NCBI RefSeq assembly: GCF_001447785.1
Contig: NW_015165353.1
Location: forward strand, 1 to 64,000
DNA from: Gekko japonicus
Taxonomy: Eukaryota
Direction: 5' to 3'
DNA: 64,000 bases
Both the position numbers and the translations under genes were made by a program. The notes under the pieces are model-generated. The model did no database searches. It worked only from the letters and a program-made list of their open reading frames with translations, and was not told the origin of the DNA. This document shows positions 11,058-21,659 of this stretch, in pieces. How positions within the stretch are numbered: position 1 is the first letter of the stretch; each line of letters starts with the position of its first letter.

Positions 11058-13900
11058 ATGCTTAACAGGCAAGTCTGGTCTTTTTCTTTGTATTTCTGCC
11101 TTGCTATCGGGGTTTGTGAGTCTTTCCACTATTCAGTGCCTGAAGAAAAGAAAAGTGGATCTCTGGTTGCAAATGTGCTAAAGGATTTGAAAGTGGGTGT
11201 GAAGGAGCTGTCTGCTCGTAGGGCTCGGCTGGTTTCTGAAGGCACCAAGCAATATTTCCAGCTGGATCCTTACTCTGGGAATGTGATATTGCAGGACAGA
11301 ATAGATCGAGAGTCTCTGTGTGGTCAGAAGGATCCTTGTGTCTTATTCTCAGAGATTGTGCTGGAGAATCCATTGCAAGTGCACAGGATTGAAGTTCAGA
11401 TAGAGGACGTGAATGATAATTCCCCCCAATTCTCTAAAAAGGAATTCCTTTTTGAAATACCTGAGCAGACTCCCCTGAATACCCAGTTCCTTTTGGAGAA
11501 GGCTCAAGATCAGGACAACGGGGAAAATGCTGTTCAGAACTATACACTTAGTCCAAATGACCATTTTAGACTGGATGTACACAGTCGCAGTGATGGGATC
11601 AAATATGCAGAGTTAGTACTGGAGAAACAGCTGGACCGTGAAGAGATTGCACGGCTTTTCCTGATTCTGTCTGCTGTTGATGGAGGGACCCCAAAGAGAA
11701 CAGGCACAGCAAACATTATGGTTGAAGTTCTGGACAGCAACGATAATGTCCCTCAGTTTCATCCATCCCTTTATGAAGTGAAACTAACAGAAAACACTCC
11801 AAAAAACACACTTGTGACTAAAGTTCAAGCTACTGACCAGGATCTTGGTTCCTACGGAGACGTCACCTATTCCTTCAGCCAGGTGCCAGAAAATGTGCTC
11901 AAAGCATTCAATTTAAACCAACAGACCGGGGAACTGACTGTTGCTGGAACCGTTGATTATGAAGAGGAGAGAAGTTATGAGATCAACATCAAAGCCACGG
12001 ATGGAGGGGGGCTCTCTTCGTATTGCAAAGTCGTGGTGGAGGTTGAGGACCAGAAGAGATTGCACGGCTTTTCCTGATTCTGTCTGCTGTTGATGGAGGG
12101 ACCCCAAAGAGAACAGGCACAGCAAACATTATGGTTGAAGTTCTGGACAGCAACGATAATGTCCCTCAGTTTCATCCATCCCTTTATGAAGTGAAACTAA
12201 CAGAAAACACTCCAAAAAACACACTTGTGACTAAAGTTCAAGCTACTGACCAGGATCTTGGTTCCTACGGAGACGTCACCTATTCCTTCAGCCAGGTGCC
12301 AGAAAATGTGCTCAAAGCATTCAATTTAAACCAACAGACCGGGGAACTGACTGTTGCTGGAACCGTTGATTATGAAGAGGAGAGAAGTTATGAGATCAAC
12401 ATCAAAGCCACGGATGGAGGGGGGCTCTCTTCGTATTGCAAAGTCGTGGTGGAGGTTGAGGACCAGAATGACAATGCCCCAGAGGTGACCCTCACATCGC
12501 TCACGAGCCCCGTACCAGAAGATTCTCCCCCAGATACAGTGGTGGCCCTCTTTCGTGTCACAGATCGAGATTCGGGAGAAAATGGCAAAACTTCCTGCAC
12601 CACGGAGGCAAGCTTGCCCTTCATGATAAAAGTGTCCGTGAATAGCTATTACCAGCTGCTGACCCAGCAGTCCCTGGACAGAGAAAAAGCCTCAGAGTAC
12701 AACATCACCATCACAGCTACAGACAGGGGCTCACCCAGGCTCACTTCAACAAGAATAATTAACGTTCAGATCTCAGATGTCAATGACAATGCTCCGGTAT
12801 TTGAGAAGTCAACATATGAAATGCAGTTATGGGAAAATAACATTCCGGGACTGCTGATAGGGTTGGTCCAAGCCAGGGACCTGGACACAGAGCGGAATGC
12901 CAAAGTAATGTATTCACTTTTGCCTGGGAAGGTCAGCAATCAACCTGTGTCCTCTTATGTCTCCATCAACTCTGAAACTGGGAATCTGTATGCCATCCGA
13001 TCAGTGGACTATGAGCAGGTGAAAGATTTTCATGTGACTGTGAGAGCTCTGGACAGCGGTTCTCCTCCCCTAAGCTCCCAAGTTATGGTCAAAGTTGTTG
13101 TCATGGATGAAAATGACAATGCCCCATTCATCCTCTACCCTCTTCAGAATGGCACTTCCCCATCCAATGACCTGGTTCCCAGAGAGGCTGAGGCTGGTTA
13201 CCTGATCACCAAGGTGGTGGCAGTGGACAGAGATTCCGGTCAGAACTCGTGGCTTTCCTATGAGCTCCTGAAGGCCACGGAACCGGGTCTGTTCAGTGTT
13301 GGGGCCCAGAATGGAGAAGTGAAAACCATGAGACCAATTAATAAAAGAGACACTTTAAAACAGAAACTAATCATTGGAGTCAGAGACAATGGGCACCCTC
13401 CCCAGTCTACCTCTGCAACGCTAAGTGTTCTGCTAGTGGATGGCTTTTCTGACCCGTATATGAAAATGTTGGATATCCCAAAGGATGCAGTGGTAGAGGA
13501 GGAAGACCGTACCCTGACGATGTATCTGGTCATATGCTTGGCTACCATCTCACTCATATTTCTGATTTCCATGGTGGTGTTCGTTGCAATCAAGGTTCAA
13601 AAAAGGAGGAAGTTCATAGAGAGCTCTGCCCTGAATTTCCCAGTGGGACCGAATTTCCAGGAGAACTTTGGAGATGCTGGTGCTGGATCCCTTTCCCGGG
13701 CTTACAACTATGAGGTGTGCTTAGCTGGTGGGTCCCTGAACAGCGAGTTCAGGTTTCTCAGGCCTCTCTTTCCTGTGTTTTCTGTGGAGCCTGCACCAGA
13801 TCAAAGGGATTCAATGATTTCAGCTGGTTCCCAAGAAGTTCCCAGTCATGGAGCAGAAAGTGAACACATAAGTCAGGTGAGAGTAATTAAGTTAATATAA
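11058..13900 (+). CDS. PCDHB: Protocadherin-beta-type variable exon A1, frameshifted by a 413-bp exact internal duplication (possibly an assembly artefact)
   Basis: Signal peptide, six cadherin repeats (DRE, DxNDN, AxDGG), TM and the beta-type tail YEVCLAGGSLNSEFRFLRP. ORFs 10956-12077 and 12131-13900 overlap in content. Removing one copy gives 2430 nt (809 aa plus stop). Donor CAG|GTGAGA after 13876. Confidence 0.9.
11640..12465 (+). repeat. Exact tandem duplication, 413 bp x2 (11640-12052 / 12053-12465)
   Basis: GAAGAGATTGCACGGC...GAGGACCA repeated with period 413 and a 3-bp GAA junction microhomology. No differences seen by eye. Confidence 0.95.
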
Positions 13901-14075
13901 AATCCCTAATGGTTCAGTTCCTAAGATAATAATGTTAACAACAATCAAGCGTAACTCTTTTATACAGAAACTCCAGGTGAATCATTGAGATTTATTTCCA
14001 GTGTTTCCAAATGTATTTCTCATCATTTCTGCCTGTCTGCTTATGTACATGTTACAGAAATGTACAAAAATTAAA

Positions 14076-14795
14076 GATCCAGGTTGTCAGCCGTGTTGGT
14101 CTGAAGCAGTAGAACAAATTTAGAGTTGGTGAAGGTAGCCATGTTTTTACATTCAGCTATAAAGCTACGACAGGGAAAACTATCAAAATGAGCAACACTT
14201 TGTTACAAATTGTTTTATATAACATTATGCAATACTATGTAGTTTGCAAAATACTTGGATTTATAAGTATGGTTTTATATGTATATTTTCTTATAGAAAT
14301 CCTCTTTTAACGTATTGTTTTATTGAGCTGCGGTGGCTCAAGTGGTTAAGACGCTGAACTGCAGGCTGTGGAAGGTCAGTAGTTCAGCAGTTCAAGACCT
14401 GAGTTGCCGCATGATGGAGTGAGCTCCCGTCTCTAGTTCCAGCTCCTGCCAACCTAGCAGTTTGAAAGCAAGAAATTGCAAGTAGATAAATAGGTACCAC
14501 TTTGGTGGGAAGGTAACAGCGTTCTGTGCACCTTGGTGTTTAGTCATGCCGGCCACATGACCATGGAAACGTCTTTGGACAGCGCTGGCTCTTTGGCTTG
14601 GAAACGGAGATGAGCACCGCAACCCTAGAGTCGGATTCGACTGGCTTTCGAGCAAAGGAAACCTTTACCTTTACCTTTATGCCAATAAAGGCTGACTGAC
14701 TGACTGAAATTTAGAGTCCGGTGGCACCTGTAAGACCCACAAAGTGTCAAACTTTGTTGGTGTTAAAGGTGCCACTGGACTCTAAATTTGTTCTG
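14076..14795. mobile_element. Nested TE cluster: Penelope-like inverted ends, with a LINE 3' tail ending in (GACT)n inserted into them
   Basis: 14707-14745 is the inverse of 14751-14789. AAATTTAGAGT is duplicated at 14116 and 14707 around an insert ending AATAAAGGCTGACTGACTGACTG. Confidence 0.6.
14326..14678 (+). mobile_element. Sauria SINE
   Basis: GAGCTGCGGTGGCTCAAGTGGTTAAG head and ACCTTTACCTTTACCTTT tail. Confidence 0.85.
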
Positions 14796-15413
14796 TTACA
14801 AAAATTATAATCTCTGTTAACAATGGTAACCGTGTTTAAAGTTCATATATACATGCAAAATTAGCATAAATATAAGCATATTATATATCAGGTAAATGTT
14901 TTGAGGCATGACTCAGACATGGGCGGAAACTGTTTTGCAAGTCAAGCATGACTTCAATAGGAGGAAGGAGAAATAAGATGAACTGGAACAGGAGGCTCCA
15001 GGCTGAACTCATCCCAGCAGAGTGAAAAGGAGAAATGAGGAAGGAGCGGCCTCACTTCTCCCCCCCCTCCTGTTTCGAGCGCTTTTAATTTGTTGTCATC
15101 CCTGGCCCTCAGTTGTAAGGAGACAAAATATAGGGCTTTAGTCTTAATTTCCCAGCAAGTGGCAGTGTGATCGGTTCCTTCGTTTGCCTTGCATAGAGTA
15201 CGACAGTAGGAGCCATTTGCTCATTGCTAATTTTAATTAATATTCTTGCATTGTATTTTTGTGTGTGGTGGTGGACATAATGTTGCATGGAGTAACTTTG
15301 CAAGTGGGTTCTGAAAGGCAGACTATATTTAGAGATGGATCCCAGTTCAAAAAGTTTGAAAGTCACTGTTTTAAAGGAAAATTTATGATTTGTATAGTTT
15401 TCTTATGGTCATA

Positions 15414-15429
15414 CCACAAGATGGCAGTA
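15414..15429 (+). promoter_or_regulatory. CSE / CTCF-type site of the B1 promoter
   Basis: CCACAAGATGGCAGTA, 229 bp upstream of ATG 15643. Conserved before all B exons. Confidence 0.75.
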
Positions 15430-15642
15430 TTGGCAAACAGATCAGATGCAGCATACATTTCAAAAAGAATCCTCGATTTTGAAGCAGGGCTAGCAGAAAC
15501 ATATCAGCAGTTAGAATCTGAAACAAGAGGAAGGGTGAGTGCTGGATGGATTTGGAAATAAAAGATTAAAAGAAAGAAAGCAATCAAAAGACCAGAACAA
15601 TTTCCTAAGAAATATAAATAATCACTGGATGATACTCAGAAC

Positions 15643-18069
15643 ATGGATGATAGCTTCAGGATCAGAAAAGGTCTGTACCTTTTGTTCTTATTCTTGGTGT
15701 CTAGAGTGGTGTGTGTCTCTATTCGCTATTCTTTGCCTGAAGAGAAGAAAAGTGGGTCTCTGGTGGCTAATGTGCTGAAGGATTTGAAACTGGGACCAGG
15801 GGAGCTCTCTGCTCGCAGAGCCCAGCTGGTTTCCAAAAGCAATAAGCAGTACTTCCAGCTGGATAGCCGTTCTGGGAATCTCTTTGTAAATGAAAAGATA
15901 GACAGAGAAGCTTTGTGTGGGAAGGTGGAGCCTTGCTTACTGTTGTCTGAAATTGTGCTCCAAAACCCCTTAACAATCTACATTATTGAGATTGAGATCA
16001 AAGATGTGAATGACAATTCACCTGAATTCTCCAAAAAGGAATTTGAATTAGCAATTCCTGAGAATGTTCCTACAAATACACGATTTCCTTTGGAATCTGC
16101 CCAAGACACAGACTTAGGTGAAAACACTATTCAGAACTACACACTCAGTGTCAATGGGAATTTCAGATTGGATGTACAAAGTAATGAGTTTGGGAGCAAA
16201 TATGTGGACCTTGTTCTGGAGAAATCACTAGACAGGGAGAAAGAAGCTCATTTGCGGCTGACTCTCACAGCTGTTGATGGAGGGGTGCCCCAGAGAACAG
16301 GCACAATTCAAATAAATATTAATATTCTGGACATCAATGACAACTTCCCGCAGTTTACACAATCTGAATATAAAGTGAAGCTAAAGGAAAACAGTCCTCG
16401 TGGTACTCTAGTGTCTAAAGTAGAAGCCAGAGATTTGGATTTTGGTTCAAATGCAGAGATCACGTACTCATTCCATCGGGTACCTGAGAATATAGAACAC
16501 TTGTTCTACTTGCAACAGAAAACTGGAGAAATCACAATTTTGGGTCCAATTGACTATGAAAAGGAAGCCAGCTATCACTTAGACATTAAAGCAACAGATG
16601 GAGGGGGCCTTTCAGGCCACTGCAAGGTCCTGGTGGAAATTGAGGATGAGAACGACAATCTACCTGAGATATCGGTCATATCCGTCACCAACCCTTTGGC
16701 AGAAGACTCTCCCCTAGATACTCTGGTCGTCCTCTTCAGTGTCACAGACCGAGACTCCGGAGACAATGGCAGGACCTTCTGCTCTGTGGAGATGAACTTG
16801 CCTTTCCTGTTAAAAAACACTGTGAATAATTATTATCAACTGGTGACCCAAAGGCCACTGGATAGAGAGAAAGTCCCTGAGTATAACATCACCATCACAG
16901 CTACTGATCGGGGCTCTCCCAAGCTGATTTCTGTTAGAATAATTAGCGTTGAGATCTCAGACATCAACGACAACTCTCCAGCGTTTGAGAAGTCCAAGTA
17001 TGAAATGCAAGTGTGGGAAAACAACATTCCTGGCCTGCTGATGGGTTTGGTCCGGGCTGCCGATCTGGACGTGGAGCAGAATGCCAAGGTGACCTATTAC
17101 CTTGTGCCTGGAAATGCCAGTGGTGCTCCTGCGGCCTCTTATGTTTCCATCAACTCTGAGACGGGGAATCTGTATGTCCTGCGATCTCTGGATTATGAGC
17201 AGATCAAGGAGTTCCAAGTGACAGTGAGGGCTTCAGATGGGGGCTCTCCTCCACTGAGCTCAGAGGTTGTTGTTCGAGTTGTGATCCTGGATGAAAACGA
17301 TAATGCGCCCTTCTTCCTCTACCCACTTCAGAACAGCACCTCCCCCTTCAACGAGCTGGTTCCCAAGTCAGCGGAGTCCGGTTACCTGGTTGCCAAGGTG
17401 GTGGCTGTGGATGGGGATTCGGGCCAGAACTCTTGGCTGTCCTATGAACTCCTGAAGGCCACAGACCCCGGCCTTTTCAGCATAGGAGCCCAGAACGGAG
17501 AAGTGAAAACCCGGAGACCACTGACGGAGCGAGATACCAACAAGCAGAGACTGATTATCCTGGTGAGAGACAACGGCCACCCTCCCCAGACCAGCACTGC
17601 AACCCTGAATGTCCTTCCGGTGGATGGCTTTTCAGATCCTTATCTGAATATTGCAAGCGTCAGTCACGAAGCCAGTGAGGAAGACGGCTCCTTGACCATG
17701 TACCTGGTGATCTGCTTGGCTGCGGTGTCCTTTGTGTTCCTGGTTTGCATCATTGTGTTTGTTGCCATCAAAGTGCACAAGAAAGAGTCTAGTTTCATCA
17801 CCGCCCTTCCTCAGTTCCCACCTGCCTTGCCTGAGATCCCAGAAACCGGTGTCGATTCTCAGAGTGGATCACTTTCCCGGACTTACCGCTATGACGTTTG
17901 CCTAACCGGTGGATCACTAAGCAGCGAGTTCAGATTCCTTAGGCCTCTCATTCCTGTTTTTTCTATGGGAGACCCAAACATTTCTGAGAATCACAGGATT
18001 TCTTCTATCTCTCAAGAGGCTCCTGAGCAAGCAGAAGGCCAAAAACAAAGAGAACAGGTATGTAAATAG
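15643..18069 (+). CDS. PCDHB: Protocadherin-beta-type variable exon B1 (intact, 808 aa if unspliced)
   Basis: Signal peptide, EC1-EC6, TM and YDVCLTGGSLSSEFRFLRP tail. Donor CAG|GTATGT after 18057. Confidence 0.95.
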   Translation: MDDSFRIRKGLYLLFLFLVSRVVCVSIRYSLPEEKKSGSLVANVLKDLKLGPGELSARRAQLVSKSNKQYFQLDSRSGNLFVNEKIDREALCGKVEPCLLLSEIVLQNPLTIYIIEIEIKDVNDNSPEFSKKEFELAIPENVPTNTRFPLESAQDTDLGENTIQNYTLSVNGNFRLDVQSNEFGSKYVDLVLEKSLDREKEAHLRLTLTAVDGGVPQRTGTIQININILDINDNFPQFTQSEYKVKLKENSPRGTLVSKVEARDLDFGSNAEITYSFHRVPENIEHLFYLQQKTGEITILGPIDYEKEASYHLDIKATDGGGLSGHCKVLVEIEDENDNLPEISVISVTNPLAEDSPLDTLVVLFSVTDRDSGDNGRTFCSVEMNLPFLLKNTVNNYYQLVTQRPLDREKVPEYNITITATDRGSPKLISVRIISVEISDINDNSPAFEKSKYEMQVWENNIPGLLMGLVRAADLDVEQNAKVTYYLVPGNASGAPAASYVSINSETGNLYVLRSLDYEQIKEFQVTVRASDGGSPPLSSEVVVRVVILDENDNAPFFLYPLQNSTSPFNELVPKSAESGYLVAKVVAVDGDSGQNSWLSYELLKATDPGLFSIGAQNGEVKTRRPLTERDTNKQRLIILVRDNGHPPQTSTATLNVLPVDGFSDPYLNIASVSHEASEEDGSLTMYLVICLAAVSFVFLVCIIVFVAIKVHKKESSFITALPQFPPALPEIPETGVDSQSGSLSRTYRYDVCLTGGSLSSEFRFLRPLIPVFSMGDPNISENHRISSISQEAPEQAEGQKQREQVCK

Positions 18070-19927
18070 CTTGGGTTTTTTTATTAATTGTCCTATGAAC
18101 TATGAATATTTTAGCGAGGTTAAATGACATCAGAAATACTTTTTTGCTACACTATCAGTCATATTTTTTTTTGGATGAATACTTGTTTCTCTCTGTTAAT
18201 TCACTGTTTCTCTCCCTATTGGAGGCGTCCATCATGACTTGATAAGTGCCATTTGAGAACAGTGTATGTATTTGCATTGAGTTCATGATATTCACCTGTA
18301 GTTCTCCATCCCCTTTAGGAGTGTCCCTATATTATCCCTGTTGTTTTAATTATCAAGCTATACTCCGTGTTGTCAGATCCTCCTGTTCCTAGGACTCCAG
18401 AAAGGTTTTTCCCTTGAGCCAAACATTCTTTTGAAGCTGGCCCTTCCTTCTTCTTTGTTGGTCCTCTGCCCCTGTTTCCATTGGACCTCTTCTTCCACAG
18501 ATCCTTTACTCAGGCCTGTTTCTGAATGCTGGGATTCTTTCTTCAACCCTCCTGCCTCCTGGTCATTAGCTTTCTGACTTTCTGGAACTTATTACCCTTA
18601 AGGCTGACTCTTGACTTTGTGAGAAAATTACAGCTTCTCCATGTATGCCAGTATGTCACACAATAAAACTATGAAGTGTTCGTCGTATATTTGCATTTTC
18701 ATACATTCATATCAGTCAGCCAGTCAGTTAGCCTTTATTGGCATAAATATACATTCATATCCATGTGGATGGGAATACAGGTATTTTAAAATGCGGGTCT
18801 ATTATAGGATTGCCAGTCCCCACTGGTCACCCATGGGGAGTGAGGGGGTAGGGTTGCCAGTTCCAGGTTGGGAAACTCCTAGAGGTTTGGGGATGGAACC
18901 TGGGGAAGACAGGGATCGCAGTGGGGTACAATGCCATAGAGTTCACCCTCCAAAGCATCCATTTTCTCCAGGGAAATTGATCTCTAGTCTGGAGATGAGC
19001 TGCAATTCCAAGAGAACCCCATATCTCTGCAACATATTAAGGAACGTTATTTAATTTGACAGTAGGAATGGACATGAATATTTTGTAGTCCCCATTTAGA
19101 AGAGAAATGAGCCTATATGGTTCTCTTTGTTTTATATCTTTCCCAGGTTTAGGAATAAATATTAATCTTTTTCCAGATATAACATTCTAATATTTTAAGG
19201 TAAATCCAGCTGTGCCTGGTACTGTAATTTGTTAAACATTTGATTTCTTATCTTAGTTGGGAATTCTAATTCTGTTGAATCAACTTAATTCATCTTCCTG
19301 TTTTCCACTGATGGTTTGTCTAATGTATAAAATTCCTTATATAATTTATAAACACCCTGAATTATTTTTCTCAGCCCTTCTTCAGTTGTTATCTGTTATT
19401 AAAAGGACCTTCTTTTTCTCTTAGTCTGCTAGGTAAGAATTAATTTTGTAAACTTTCCATCTCAAAATGTAGTTCAGTATAAGTTAAATTGTGTTCATTT
19501 TCCCATCCAACACATTAATTTTCTTGGACAATCTGAACATTTTGATCTTCCTGTGTAACATGTTCCCCTCCAAGGTCCGGTATTTCTAAAAATAGTGGTT
19601 CTCTCTTTCGTTGTTTCTTTTCCCCCTGGTGTTCAAAGCTTTATGGCTGCACATGCCAAAGACGGTTAAAATAGAAATCCCTGTGTTATCATTCCTTTGA
19701 AAAAGATGTGCATTTGTTTTTAGTGTATCACAGATTCACAATAGTGTACTTATTAAATCAGAATACCACCCGCAGAGCACAAAGCAAGAGCATTAACAAA
19801 ATGGCACAGGAACAGAGACTATACAGATTGAGGAGGTCAGGGAAGCACACTCATGCAATCCTTCCAAAAATTCAACTGCAAAGCTCATATAAATAAGACA
19901 AACTTGGTCCACTGCCTAAAAGATAAC

Positions 19928-20243
19928 TGTAATGTATCCAGTCCAGACCGCGTGGCCGGCTTGGGCTCCACATGGTCAGACCCAAACGTCGAGCTTCGCT
20001 CCAAGAGACAATGGACTATGCGGATCCTAGTCCGCTCCAATCAGGGGGCCTAGGTTCCCGGCCGAGAGCCTATGGGACTCTCGGCCATTGTAAATAACCT
20101 ATTAGGTAGTAGGGGTGTGTTTTGAGTGACTGTTTCTCGGGGGATATAAGCCGGCCTGCAAGCCGGCCCAGGTCGTCTTGTTCCTGATCGAATAAAGTAC
20201 GCTTTGCTGAAATCACTCTCCGTCTGCGTACTTTTCAATAACA
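19928..20243 (+). mobile_element. Probable solo LTR (316 bp)
   Basis: TGTAAT...ATAACA termini, TATA-like GATATAAG at about 20143, AATAAA at 20191. CpG-rich relative to flanks. TSD not clean. Confidence 0.65.
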
Positions 20244-21659
20244 GATGCCAAGGATGGTGCCAGTCAAACTTTTCTCAAGAGGAAGTTCTAAAATTGGGTG
20301 CAACCACAGAAAAGGCCTTCTGTCTTCTAGATACCCACCTCACTTCATAAGGCAAGGGCAGCCAGAGAACAGCTTTGATGATGATCTTCGTTGCTAGTCA
20401 GGTTCACTTGGTCCTCAAGGTATCCTGCTCCTAGACACTTACATGTTACTGTGTTTTGCAGTCTGACCTTTTTATTTTTAGAATGTCATGTATTCATTTA
20501 ACTTACATCAACAATAACTATAGAACTGTGGCTTGATAAACTGCGGACACAATTTATGATGGGAAAAAACCCCACTCCTGTGATGATACGAACAGCACCT
20601 TTGTAGTTACCTGTCTCCCAATGCTGCAATATCTAGCAGAAAATGAGATTTTTTCCATTTAATGTACACTATCAGGACTGGATTAATTTCTGAGCATTTG
20701 GTTGTTAACTGTCTCTTGAGGGGGTTATGATCTGGCTTAATGCCCTTAAAAGTATGAATATGTTACTTACTTTCCATCGCCGTATATGTGTTATTAATTC
20801 TTTCCTTCGTCTGTTTTTTTCATGACAATACATATATTTTTGCATTATATTTAATAAATGTTATTGCAAATAACTTAGACCACCAATTTATAACTTTACC
20901 ACTCGTTGTCCAATAACCAGGGTAAAGGATAGGCAAAATCCCACTCTTATCTCTTCTTAAGTAAGTCGACCTAATAATATATTAATATTTTAACACCATA
21001 TAAGGCCAGCCCTTTAAGGCCCACGTTAAAAGGTCCTTGCCCTGTATGTGATGCCCTTTGCAGATCACCGGTGGCACATCTACTGGTCATTCAAAGATAA
21101 TTATGTTAAAACGCAATGTGCAGCTGTGTAAAGGAAAGCAAGCCTGTGAGCAACCACACAGCACTGAGCCATTCAAAGATTCTTATAGAGTGCTTAAGAG
21201 GCAGAAGTAGCAACAAAATGGGTCTGGGTGCTTCCTACGTCTCTAGCATCTTATCTCACAAGGTCTCTTCCCCACATCAAAAAGGGAGACATAAATCTCA
21301 GTGGTACACTCTCACAAGGTAGGTACAGACACCACAATTCATAGCAGCAGAACATGTCTAAATGGCATAGCAGCAGAACATGTCTAAATGTCAACATGCA
21401 CCTGTATAAAGCAATGCATGCCCCCAAATGACCGCTGGATGAAGACCTAATTATACTACCCCAGGCACAAAGGAGGGCAGGGCTGACAGCCAGTCTCTCT
21501 CAACACAGGCTGGAGTTCTCTCTCCCCTCTGGCAGCAACAGCTTCCTCAAAGCAAGTGTTCTTAAAATACTTCAGGCAAAGAATAGGGCAGGGCTGAACA
21601 ACTAGCCACTTTCAGCACTGGCTGAAGTTCTCTCTCTCCTCTGGCAGCCCTACTGGTTT

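Noticed and set aside
12131-13900. Separate 589-aa gene
   Set aside because: It is the downstream half of A1, created by the duplication frameshift, with no signal peptide or promoter.
16957-17217. Recurrent antisense ORFs within Pcdh exons (MELLDLLIIQRSQD and similar)
   Set aside because: Shadow frames repeated because the sense exons are homogenised. No independent coding evidence.
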